Shown: positions 38,943 to 47,789 of the stretch, one piece after another | How positions within the stretch are numbered: the stretch's first letter is position 1 | Layout of the letters: each line of letters begins with the position of its first letter | DNA from: Treponemataceae bacterium | GTDB taxonomy: Bacteria > Spirochaetota > Spirochaetia > Treponematales > Rectinemataceae | NCBI GenBank assembly: GCA_963667725.2 | Contig: CAXXHO010000005.1 | Span: 1,280,001-1,344,000 of the forward strand | Length of the DNA: 64,000 bases | Reading direction: 5' to 3' | Position numbers and translations under genes: made by a program | The notes under the pieces: model-generated | Database searches by the model: none | What the model was told of the DNA's origin: nothing | The model's input: the letters and a program-made list of their open reading frames with translations, nothing else

Positions 38943-39878
38943 ATGGATTCCAGCTTCAACCGTCACGCCGATCGCCTCGTCGAACGTCATGGGGAAAAAG
39001 TATGGCGGCTCGGCATAGACGCGGGATTCACCTGTCCGCATCGCGAGGCGGGGAGGGGAAGGGGCGGCTGTACCTTCTGTTCGCCTGAAGCGGGGCTTGC
39101 CACCTATCAGCACCAAGGCCTTCGCGTAGTCACCGACCTCTCGGAACAGATCGGACGGGCGGTAGGATTCACGAGGAGCCGCTACGAAGCCCGGCTTTTC
39201 TTCCTTTATTTTCAGGCGTATTCCTGCACGAACCTCCCTCCGGACGAGTTGAGGCTGGTCTACGATCGGTCCATCGCGATCCTGGAGGGCATAGCGCCCG
39301 GTTCGCTCCGCGGCATCGTGGTATCGACGCGCCCCGACTGTTTCGATGAGGAAAAGGCTGCGCTTCTGGCCTCATACGCGTCGACGGGGCTCGAGGTCTG
39401 GCTGGAATTCGGCCTGCAGAGCTCGAACGACGAGACGCTGCGCCGCATCCACCGGGGGCACCGCGCGCGCGACTACGCCGAAGCCATGGCCATCGCCGGC
39501 GCGGCCGGCCTTCGCCGTGCCGTCCATGTCATGCTCGGCCTGCCGGGCGAGGGGCGGCGGCAGATGCTCGACACCATCGAATTCGTGGCCGCCCGCGGCG
39601 GCGAAGGCATCAAATTCCACGACCTCAGACTCGCCATCGGATCGCCCCTCGCTCAGGCCTACCTGGCCGGCGAGTTCGCTCCCCTCCATCCTTCGCGGCT
39701 TCCTGGCCTTCTGGCTGACTGTCTGGAAATCCTCCCCCCAGGGTTCGAAGTTATGCGCCTCTCCGCCGACTTCAGGCCGGGCGAGGCTATCGATATTTTC
39801 CCCGCCACCGAAAAGACGAGGCTCTATATGGCCGTGGAAGCTGAATTGCGGCGCCGCGGCACGTGGCAGGGTTTCTAA
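38943..39878 (+). CDS. TIGR01212-family radical SAM protein (YhcC/YtqA-like)
   Basis: DAGFTCPHR..GGCTFC, YFQAYS, STRPD, EFGLQS. Confidence 0.88.
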   Translation: MDSSFNRHADRLVERHGEKVWRLGIDAGFTCPHREAGRGRGGCTFCSPEAGLATYQHQGLRVVTDLSEQIGRAVGFTRSRYEARLFFLYFQAYSCTNLPPDELRLVYDRSIAILEGIAPGSLRGIVVSTRPDCFDEEKAALLASYASTGLEVWLEFGLQSSNDETLRRIHRGHRARDYAEAMAIAGAAGLRRAVHVMLGLPGEGRRQMLDTIEFVAARGGEGIKFHDLRLAIGSPLAQAYLAGEFAPLHPSRLPGLLADCLEILPPGFEVMRLSADFRPGEAIDIFPATEKTRLYMAVEAELRRRGTWQGF

Positions 39879-40006
39879 AATACCGACCTCGCCAAAAGTC
39901 CTGAATTAACAATTAATTAACTTGCGTTCTCCTCCTCCCGGGAGCATACTTATCAACGGTTCCGCGCATAGCACGCGGACATTGTAAGAATGGCGCAGGA
40001 GGAGAT

Positions 40007-41104
40007 ATGAAGCGGTTCGGAACGATCATTCTGAGTATTTTCATGCTTTTCGCGCTCTGCACGGGCGCTTTCGCCCAATCCAAGGAACTCATAGCGGCGG
40101 CCCAGAAGGAAGGGCAGCTCACGGTCATCGCCCTTCCCCACGACTGGGTCAACTATGGGGAGATGATCGAAACCTTCTCCAAGAAATACAATATCAGGAT
40201 CAACGAACTCAACCCCGACGGCTCGTCCGGCGAGGAGATCGAGTCCATCAAGGCCAACAAGGGTAACACCGGACCCCAGGCGCCCGACGTCATCGACGTG
40301 GGCCTCTCCTTCGGTCCCCAAGCCAAGGCCGACAAGCTCATCGTTCCCTATAAAGTCGCCACCTGGGATTCCATACCCGCCGATGTCAAGGACAAGGACG
40401 GCTACTGGTATGGCGACTATTACGGAGCCCTCGCCTTCGAAGTAAACAGCGACATCGTGAAGAACGTTCCGAAGGATTGGTCCGACTTACTGAAACCCGA
40501 GTACAAGGGCAAAGTGGCGCTCGCGGGAGATCCCCGCACCGCCAATCAGGCAGTCATGACCGTCGTGGCCGCCTCCCTCGCCATGGGCGCCAAGAGTCCG
40601 GCCGACGTAACCCCCGGCCTCCAGTTCTTCGACAAGCTTAACCGGGCGGGGAACTTCGTGCCCATCATCGCCGTTCCCGGAACGGTAGCCTCGGGCGAAA
40701 CCCCCATCACCATCCGCTGGGACTACAACGCCCTCTCCAACCGCGACAAGAGCGCCGGCAATCCGAACATCGCCGTCGTCATCCCCGCCAAGGGCGTCAT
40801 CGCGGGCGTCTACATCCAGGCTATTAGCGCCTACGCGCCCCATCCCAACGCCGCGAAGCTCTGGATGGAATTCCTCTATTCAGACGAAGGCCAGCTCATA
40901 TGGCTCAAAGGCTACGGACACCCGGTGCGCTTCAACGACATGGCCAAGCGGAAAGTGATCCCCGCCGACCTCGCCGCGAAGCTTCCCCCGGCCGAAGCCT
41001 ACGCGAAGATCGTATTCCCCTCGCTGGCGGATCAGGATACGGCCAAAACCGCCATCGCCGCCAATTGGGATAAAGTCGTCAGCGTCGAAGTGATGAAGAA
41101 GTAG
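40007..41104 (+). CDS. ABC transporter substrate-binding protein (polyamine/iron-type family)
   Basis: Signal peptide, APDVID, PKDWSDLLKPEYKG, APHPNAAKLW. Confidence 0.88.
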   Translation: MKRFGTIILSIFMLFALCTGAFAQSKELIAAAQKEGQLTVIALPHDWVNYGEMIETFSKKYNIRINELNPDGSSGEEIESIKANKGNTGPQAPDVIDVGLSFGPQAKADKLIVPYKVATWDSIPADVKDKDGYWYGDYYGALAFEVNSDIVKNVPKDWSDLLKPEYKGKVALAGDPRTANQAVMTVVAASLAMGAKSPADVTPGLQFFDKLNRAGNFVPIIAVPGTVASGETPITIRWDYNALSNRDKSAGNPNIAVVIPAKGVIAGVYIQAISAYAPHPNAAKLWMEFLYSDEGQLIWLKGYGHPVRFNDMAKRKVIPADLAAKLPPAEAYAKIVFPSLADQDTAKTAIAANWDKVVSVEVMKK

Positions 41105-41110
41105 GGTCCT

Positions 41111-42010
41111 ATGCCCATATCAGCATCAGGGCGAAAGGGGGCGCGCTCCGCGCGCCCCCTTTTCTCGCGCAAAAACCTGGCATGGCTGGGACTCGCGCCA
41201 TTTTTCCTTTTCGTGCTCGCCTTCATGATACTGCCGGCTGGCAATATCCTCGTCGGAAGCTTCCAGGACAGGGAAGGGGCCTTCACCCTCGCCAATTTCG
41301 CCAATCTCCTGCGCCCCAACATCGTCAAGTCCTATCTCGTCACGATACGCCTTAGCGCCGTGACGGCCCTCATCGGGAGCCTATTCGGCTTCCTCGTGGC
41401 ATACGCCATCATCCTGGGCGGCCTGCCCAAGCCCATCCGCTCCTTCGTCAGCACCTTTTCCGGCGTGGCTTCGAACTTCGCCGGCGTGCCGCTGGCCTTC
41501 GCCTTCATCGCCACGCTGGGCCGCGTCGGCCTCCTCACCACCCTGCTCAAGACATTCCTCGGCATCGACCTCTACGACAAAGGCTTCAGCCTCTACAGCT
41601 TTTGGGGGCTGGCTTTCACCTACATATACTTTCAGATTCCGCTGATGATCCTCATCATCAGCCCAGCCATCGACGGCATGAAGAAGGAGTGGCGCGAAGC
41701 CTCCGAAAACCTCGGCGCCACGACATTCCAGTACTGGCTTCACGTCGGCATTCCCGTCCTCGCGCCCTCCCTTCTGGCGGCCTTCATCCTTCTCTTCGGC
41801 AACGCCTTCGGCGCCTACGCCACCGCCTACTCGCTCACGGGAGGCTTGATCAACCTGGTGCCCATCCTCATCGGCGCCCAGATCCGCGGCGATGTCCTCC
41901 ACGATCCCAATCTGGGCTATGCCCTCGCCTTCGGCATGGTGATAATCATGGGACTGAGCATCAGCGTCTATTCCTGGGTGCAGAAAATAGCCTCGAGGTG
42001 GATGAAATGA
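41111..42010 (+). CDS. ABC transporter permease
   Basis: EASENLGA EAA motif; hydrophobic. Confidence 0.88.
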   Translation: MPISASGRKGARSARPLFSRKNLAWLGLAPFFLFVLAFMILPAGNILVGSFQDREGAFTLANFANLLRPNIVKSYLVTIRLSAVTALIGSLFGFLVAYAIILGGLPKPIRSFVSTFSGVASNFAGVPLAFAFIATLGRVGLLTTLLKTFLGIDLYDKGFSLYSFWGLAFTYIYFQIPLMILIISPAIDGMKKEWREASENLGATTFQYWLHVGIPVLAPSLLAAFILLFGNAFGAYATAYSLTGGLINLVPILIGAQIRGDVLHDPNLGYALAFGMVIIMGLSISVYSWVQKIASRWMK

Positions 42011-42858
42011 AGAACCGTAAAAGAAAGGCGATGTCCTGGCTCGTGCTCGCGGCTGGCCTGCTCTACTTTCTTCTGCCGCTTTTAGCCACCTTTCTGTTCT
42101 CCCTCAGAGGCAAAAAAGGCGTCTTGAGTTTTGTCGCCTACGAGCATGTCTTCGCCGATCCCCAGTTCCTGAAGACCTTCGTCTTTTCGTTCAAGATGTC
42201 CATTTTCACCGTTGTCGCCGGCCTCGTCCTCATCATACCCACGACGATCTGGATTCATCTCAAAGTGCCGAAGGCCAAGCCCCTCATCGAAGTCTTCGCC
42301 CTCATGCCCTTCGTCATCCCGCCCATCATCCTCGCCTTCGGGCTCATCAGGAGCTACTCCCGGCCGCCCCTGGCCCTTGTCACCACTCCCGCCCTCCTCG
42401 TCGCCGGTTATGTAATCATCGCCTTTCCCTACATCTACCGTTCGATTGACGCGGGTTTGAGAGCCATGGACCTCAAGGCCCTCACCGAAGCGGGCATGAG
42501 CCTCGGCGCCGGCTGGTTCAGCCTTCTCTTCCGGGTGGTGCTGCCCAATCTCCGCACCTCCATCCTCGCCGCCATCTTTCTCACCTTCGCGACCGTCATT
42601 GGCGAACTCACGCTCGCCGTCCTCCTCGCGTGGCCCGCCTTCGGACCCTACATGGCTCTCGTCGGCAGGGATCTGGCCTACGAGCCGGCCGCCCTCGCCA
42701 TACTCAGTTTTGCCCTCACCTGGGGATCGATCGGCATAATACAGGCTTTGAGCCGCGGCAAGATCCGGCCCAGCGCGATGCCAGCGCCCGGCTGGGCGAC
42801 GATGGCTGAAGACACGAAGCCCGCGGACAAAAGGAGCTCGACGAATGGCCTTTCTTGA
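42007..42858 (+). CDS. ABC transporter permease
   Basis: EAGMSLGA EAA motif; ATGA overlap at 42007. Confidence 0.88.
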   Translation: MKNRKRKAMSWLVLAAGLLYFLLPLLATFLFSLRGKKGVLSFVAYEHVFADPQFLKTFVFSFKMSIFTVVAGLVLIIPTTIWIHLKVPKAKPLIEVFALMPFVIPPIILAFGLIRSYSRPPLALVTTPALLVAGYVIIAFPYIYRSIDAGLRAMDLKALTEAGMSLGAGWFSLLFRVVLPNLRTSILAAIFLTFATVIGELTLAVLLAWPAFGPYMALVGRDLAYEPAALAILSFALTWGSIGIIQALSRGKIRPSAMPAPGWATMAEDTKPADKRSSTNGLS

Positions 42859-43924
42859 ACTGCATGACGTCGTCAAGGTTTTCGGGAAGAATACGGTTGT
42901 TCGAAACCTTTCGTTGAACGTGGAAAAAGGCGAATTCGTCTCATTCCTCGGGAGTTCGGGCTGCGGCAAGACGACGACGCTCCGGATGATCGCGGGCTTC
43001 GAAACCCTGACCGAAGGGTCTATCATCCTCGACGGCGTGAACGTGGAACGCACGCCCCCGAACAGGCGGAACCTCGGCATGGTTTTTCAGAGCTACGCCC
43101 TCTTTCCCAACATGAACGTGCGCCACAATATAGGCTTCGCGCTGAAAATCGCCGGCCTTCCGCGGGAAAAGATGGAAAAACGCGTGGACGAAATGCTCGA
43201 TCTCATCAAGATGGGCGAATACGCGAGCCGCTACCCGCATCAGCTCTCGGGCGGCCAGCAGCAGCGCGTCGCCCTCGCCAGGGCTCTGGCAAGGGAACCT
43301 GCCGCTCTCCTCCTCGACGAGCCTCTCTCCGCCCTCGACGCCAAGATACGCGTGCGCCTCCGCGACGACATACGCGATATTCAGCGAAAACTGGGCATCA
43401 CCACCGTCTATGTCACGCACGACCAGGAGGAAGCCCTCTCCATCTCCGATCGCGTCGCCGTCATGAAGGAAGGAAAAATCGAGCAGATCGGAAGCCCTTT
43501 CGAAATCTACAACAAGCCAGCGACGCCCTACGTGGCGGCCTTCATCGGCACGCTCAACCGGCTGCCCGCCCTCGTCATCGATCCCTCGGCCGGAATCGTC
43601 GAGGTCGAAGGACAGAGGATCACGACCGCCTCGCCCATCCAGGCGGCAGGTGGAACCGCGCTCCAGCTGCGCTTGAGGCCCGAAGCCCTCTCCCTCGGGC
43701 CCGGCGACGAATCCTCCAACCGCCTGAAGGGAAACGTGGAAAACGTGAAATTCCTGGGTTCGATCGTGCGGCTTGTCGTACGCGTCGGCGCCCATCGGCT
43801 GTCGATAGACAGCTTCAACGAGCCTCGCCTTGTGCTGCCCGACTTGGGCGAGGAAATCGCCGTTTCCTTCGACAGGGAAGCCTGCGTCCTGGCCGAGCCG
43901 GAGGCGCAGCCGACGAGGTCCTGA
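42845..43924 (+). CDS. ABC transporter ATPase (PotA-like, TOBE domain)
   Basis: GSSGCGKTT, VFQSYALFP, LSGGQQQR, THDQEEA. Confidence 0.92.
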   Translation: MAFLELHDVVKVFGKNTVVRNLSLNVEKGEFVSFLGSSGCGKTTTLRMIAGFETLTEGSIILDGVNVERTPPNRRNLGMVFQSYALFPNMNVRHNIGFALKIAGLPREKMEKRVDEMLDLIKMGEYASRYPHQLSGGQQQRVALARALAREPAALLLDEPLSALDAKIRVRLRDDIRDIQRKLGITTVYVTHDQEEALSISDRVAVMKEGKIEQIGSPFEIYNKPATPYVAAFIGTLNRLPALVIDPSAGIVEVEGQRITTASPIQAAGGTALQLRLRPEALSLGPGDESSNRLKGNVENVKFLGSIVRLVVRVGAHRLSIDSFNEPRLVLPDLGEEIAVSFDREACVLAEPEAQPTRS

Positions 43925-43990
43925 CAACCCCTGACAAATCCTGGCTCGGCGGGCTCCGAACCGTCGGCTGGCTCTTGCGGGAGGAAAATC

Positions 43991-44263
43991 ATGAAAGCCA
44001 TCCATGTCATTGTCGAGGGCGAAGTCCAGGGCGTAGGATTCCGCTACTCCTCGCTCAGGGAGGCGCGAGCTCTCGGCCTCACGGGCTGGGTGCGCAACGC
44101 CGAAGATGGATCGGTGGAGGTTTGGGCCGAAGGCGAAGAGAGTTCCCTCGACGAATTCTCCCTCTGGCTGGAACATGGGCCGGATTACGCGCGCGTCGAG
44201 AAGGTGCGCGTCACCCGGGAAATGGCCCTGGAAATCTACTCTTCCTTCTCAACGATTTCATAA
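43991..44263 (+). CDS. acyP: Acylphosphatase
   Basis: VQGVGFR, GWVRN. Confidence 0.92.
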   Translation: MKAIHVIVEGEVQGVGFRYSSLREARALGLTGWVRNAEDGSVEVWAEGEESSLDEFSLWLEHGPDYARVEKVRVTREMALEIYSSFSTIS

Positions 44264-44306
44264 CATCTGCCTTCATAATATCTGCATACACGGATTTCCT
44301 GTCTTA

Positions 44307-44349
44307 TGTGCGCTGTCGCACAGACTCTCTTCCCACCCCGGATTATTCT
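44307..44349 (+). promoter_or_regulatory. CRP/FNR-type palindrome 1 plus -10 element
   Basis: TGTGCG-ctgt-CGCACA-GAC (44307-44325); TATTCT at 44344-44349. Confidence 0.75.
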
Positions 44350-44386
44350 TCATTCAGTCCTGTGAATAGCGGGGCAAGGGGGCGGT

Positions 44387-44605
44387 ATGAAGAATAATTA
44401 TAAACAAGAGGAAGCGTCATCCATGCAGTACGGAAACAGGGGGAGCCAGACGGGAGATCCGGCGAGACTGTCTCCGTCCATGAGCAGCATGGTGCTGCTC
44501 TCGCGAGGCGGCAATCGCGAAATGAAGGATTCTTGCATTACGCCAAAAGTTATAGAACTCGGCGATGTCGCCGACAGATCCTGCTTCAACGGGCAAGGCC
44601 TGTAA
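44387..44605 (+). CDS. Possible small protein (or part of a long leader)
   Basis: 72-codon ORF right after the predicted promoter; no recognisable motif. Confidence 0.3.
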   Translation: MKNNYKQEEASSMQYGNRGSQTGDPARLSPSMSSMVLLSRGGNREMKDSCITPKVIELGDVADRSCFNGQGL

Positions 44606-44663
44606 AAGACATGCAGGTTTTGCCTGCCGAAATTTCTCCATCATCCAAACCACGGAGGTTTCT

Positions 44664-45191
44664 ATGAAGCGTTTCATTCCCTTATTGATGTTGCTGGCTC
44701 TTCTGCCGGTCGGCGTCTTCGCCCTTGATTTCTACGCCGGCGCCAACGCCTATTATGCCAGCCTGATCCAGCCAGCCGATGTTCAGGCTATCGACACCGC
44801 CAACCTCAACATGGCTGATTTCTCCTTCGGCGGAGAGGCGCGCATCGTCGGCCACCTTCTCTGGGCCAGCGCCATCGGAACTTACACTCCCGCCGACGCC
44901 AATATGCCGCATCGCCTCGATATAATGCTGGACGGCGGTGTCGGCCTCACGCTGGGCATCTTTCGCGCCGGTATCGGAATCGGACCTAACTACGGCATCG
45001 AGATGGGCGACAACGCGGGGAACTACTTCAAGACCGGCGCCAATATGCGCCTCACCGGCGATGTCCTGCTGGGACCTTTCTCGGTTGGATTGAGCTGGAT
45101 CAGCAAAATCGAATTCACCCGCGCATCCTTTGTCGAGGCTTTCGAAAACCCCTATGGCCAGCTTGGCTTGGCGGTTCTCTACAAACTGTAG
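44664..45191 (+). CDS. Predicted outer-membrane beta-barrel protein
   Basis: SD ggagg, signal peptide (VFA-LD), Gly/aromatic alternating strands, C-terminal strand LGLAVLYKL. Confidence 0.65.
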   Translation: MKRFIPLLMLLALLPVGVFALDFYAGANAYYASLIQPADVQAIDTANLNMADFSFGGEARIVGHLLWASAIGTYTPADANMPHRLDIMLDGGVGLTLGIFRAGIGIGPNYGIEMGDNAGNYFKTGANMRLTGDVLLGPFSVGLSWISKIEFTRASFVEAFENPYGQLGLAVLYKL

Positions 45192-45232
45192 GCGGCCGCT
45201 CCCGCCGAAGAGTATTCGGCAAGAAGATAAAG

Positions 45233-45264
45233 AAAGGGCACCGGAGATTTTCCGGTGCCCTTTT
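45233..45264. terminator. Bidirectional terminator between convergent genes
   Basis: aaagggcaccgga-gattt-tccggtgcccttt. Confidence 0.8.
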
Positions 45265-45297
45265 CGTACCTAGGCATACTGTTTTTCTATTGTTTTA

Positions 45298-46377
45298 TTA
45301 CATCGCCGGTTCCGTCACCGCATCGGCATCCAGGGTCACCGCGGTCTGCGCGAGCAGCCTGCCGTTCACCATGGCGCCGGTGTTGACTTCCACCAGGGTT
45401 TTGCACAGGACGATTCCCTTGAAGTCCGAGGTTGTGCCGAGCGTGGTCTGTCCGGCAACCTGCCAGAAAATATTCTTGGGCTGCGCGCCGCCGCTCAGGG
45501 TGACGATAGCTCCGTTGCCCACCGTGAGGTCCTGCGCTATCTGGAAGATCCAGACATCGTTGGCGCCGCCGTTGAGCGTGACGCTGTTGTTTATTAGGAC
45601 TCCCGTTCCCCATACATACAGGCCGGGAACGATAGTCTGTCCGCTGAGATCGCCAGCGTGGAGTTCCGTGGCGTCGGGCAAGGTGCGTCCCGCGGCGTCG
45701 GTGTAGGCGATTTCCATGTCGCCGATGGCCGTCGTCATGTTGGATGGCGTCGGCGGCGTATAATCGGCCGCGTAGATGCTGCCGGTGACATAGGATGATG
45801 TCGAGAATACGTTCGAAGCGTCCATGATGAGGTCAAATCCGGTGATGTAGGTCGCGGCGGCGGGACTCACGCCAATGTCGCCGGTGATCGCCGTCGTTCC
45901 GGTCGTCGATATTCCGGTTTTAGCCAGGATGACGAAGTTGCCCGCGGTGCCGAGATTCACGGGCGACGGACCGGAAGCCAGGTTAACGCCAGTCGTAAAG
46001 CTCCACGCGTACTCCGCTTCGAGGGCATTCCCCGCTACGTCCGTGACTGCCGTGGTGATCTTGGCCGTGTAGACGGTACTGGTGGAAAGATCCATCTCCG
46101 GTACCAGCGTGGCGACGAGATCGACATAGGTGACGGAAGCGGGAACGAGCGTCACGCCCTGGCTCAACGTAAAGGAAAGCGCCGTGATCGTCGACGAGTC
46201 CATCGCTTCGCTGAAGGTCGCGGTGATGCTCCTGTTCCTGGCGACATCGGTCGCCCAGGTGGCCGGCGTCGTCGTATCGACGGTGGGCGGAATGACGTCG
46301 TCATTATTGATGGGACTCTTGCATCCAGCGATGACAAGAATCATTAGCAAAATAGGCAGAAGCCACATTTTTCTCAT
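45298..46377 (-). CDS. DUF3494 ice-binding-like lipoprotein with one Ig-like (Big_5-like) domain
   Basis: IAGC lipobox; ITATFSEAMD Ig domain; VNLGTAGNFVILAKTGIS, PGLYVW, DVWIFQI, NIFWQV, NGRLLAQTAVTLD. Confidence 0.9.
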   Translation of the reverse strand: MRKMWLLPILLMILVIAGCKSPINNDDVIPPTVDTTTPATWATDVARNRSITATFSEAMDSSTITALSFTLSQGVTLVPASVTYVDLVATLVPEMDLSTSTVYTAKITTAVTDVAGNALEAEYAWSFTTGVNLASGPSPVNLGTAGNFVILAKTGISTTGTTAITGDIGVSPAAATYITGFDLIMDASNVFSTSSYVTGSIYAADYTPPTPSNMTTAIGDMEIAYTDAAGRTLPDATELHAGDLSGQTIVPGLYVWGTGVLINNSVTLNGGANDVWIFQIAQDLTVGNGAIVTLSGGAQPKNIFWQVAGQTTLGTTSDFKGIVLCKTLVEVNTGAMVNGRLLAQTAVTLDADAVTEPAM

Positions 46378-46478
46378 AAAAAGCACCTCCTTGATCAGTG
46401 CATAAAAAATTCTAAAAATAGGGTGCGAAGTCCGCCATAATCGTGACAGACACCGCACCCCGCATTCCGAAGCTCAAA

Positions 46479-47558
46479 TTACAGGGCTGGTTCCACGATG
46501 GTATTGGCATCCATAGTGACCGCGGTCTGCGTAAGCAGTCTGCCGTTCACGGTGGCTCCCGCCGCCAGGGTTATCGCGCCTGCCGACATGATTACGCCTT
46601 CCATGTGGGAAGTCGCGGCGAGGGCTACGGCGCCGCCCACCTGCCAGAATATGTTCTTGGGAAGCGCTCCGCCGGTCAGGAGGACCTGAACCGTCGCGGC
46701 TTCCGTGAGCCCGCTGGCGATCTGGAATATCCAGACATCGTCGGCGCCGCCATTGAGGGTGACGTTGGTCGTAATCGACACTCCGGTTCCCCACTTGTAG
46801 AGACCGGGCTCGAGGTTCATGCCGCCGATTTCTCCGGCGCCCAGCTCCGAAGAATTGGGATCGAGTCTGCCGGCCGCGTCATCAAAGGCAGCCTGCATCG
46901 CAAGCACCGCCGTGGTCAGGTTCGTAGGTGTTGGCTCCACGTAATTCGCCGCATAGACATTCCCCGTAACCAAGGCCGAAGTGGCGAAGGTATTCGACAC
47001 ATCCATTATCAAGCCGAAACCAGTCATGGCCGCCGCATCGATGGGGCTCACAGCGATGTCACCGGTGATCATGGTCGCTCCGGTGGTCGTTATTCCCGTC
47101 TTGGCCAGGATCGCGTAATCCCCGGAGGTCCCGAGATCCACCGCAGCCGGACCGGCGGGAGGATTGGCCGTGGTCGTGAAGGTCCATACCTTATCGGCCG
47201 CAAGCGCATTGCCGGCCGCATCGGTGACGCCTGTCGTGATCGTGGCCGTATAGACAGTGCTGGCCGCGAGATCATTAGTAGGGTTGAAGGTCGCTACCTT
47301 GTCCGCATAGCTGACCACGCCCTCGACCGCAGTGACGCCCTGCATTAGGGTGAAGTTCGCCGCTACGATGGTTGCCTCGTCCATGTCTTCGTCGAAGGTG
47401 GCCGTGACATTGCTGTTCCGTTCTACCGCGATCGCGGCGTCCACGGGACTGGTGGAACTGACAGTCGGAGCCGTGAGGTCCTCTTCATCCACAGGATTAC
47501 CGCAGCCGCTCAGCGAAAGGGCTACCATCAGCAGCCCCAAAAACAACATCTTCTTCAT
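46479..47558 (-). CDS. DUF3494 ice-binding-like lipoprotein with one Ig-like domain
   Basis: LSGC lipobox; same DUF3494 motifs; SD aaggaga before ATG 47558 (second SD-led in-frame ATG at 47594). Confidence 0.9.
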   Translation of the reverse strand: MKKMLFLGLLMVALSLSGCGNPVDEEDLTAPTVSSTSPVDAAIAVERNSNVTATFDEDMDEATIVAANFTLMQGVTAVEGVVSYADKVATFNPTNDLAASTVYTATITTGVTDAAGNALAADKVWTFTTTANPPAGPAAVDLGTSGDYAILAKTGITTTGATMITGDIAVSPIDAAAMTGFGLIMDVSNTFATSALVTGNVYAANYVEPTPTNLTTAVLAMQAAFDDAAGRLDPNSSELGAGEIGGMNLEPGLYKWGTGVSITTNVTLNGGADDVWIFQIASGLTEAATVQVLLTGGALPKNIFWQVGGAVALAATSHMEGVIMSAGAITLAAGATVNGRLLTQTAVTMDANTIVEPAL

Positions 47559-47621
47559 AATCGATATCTCCTTGTTTTTCATTCTCTTGTTCATGTTCAA
47601 AAATCCTCCTTCTTATTTGCA

Positions 47622-47725
47622 AGAATACGTACGGAATCCGTTTTGGTCTGTTCGGTAGCGCACACAGTCCCGCGCTGTCTGTGTGTGCTGGCGCACAGAC
47701 GAGGTTGATTCGCGTGAATGATATT
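47622..47725. promoter_or_regulatory. Back-to-back CRP/FNR-type palindromes 2 and 3 (divergent promoters)
   Basis: Minus strand TGTGCG-ctac-CGAACA-GAC (47664-47646) with TATTCT (47627-47622); plus strand TGTGTG-ctgg-CGCACA-GAC (47682-47700) with GATATT (47720-47725). Confidence 0.72.
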
Positions 47726-47789
47726 TATGGGTAGATGGGGAGGATTGCTTCTATATGAATTGTATGTCCGAGAGAAAAAGGAGAAAACA

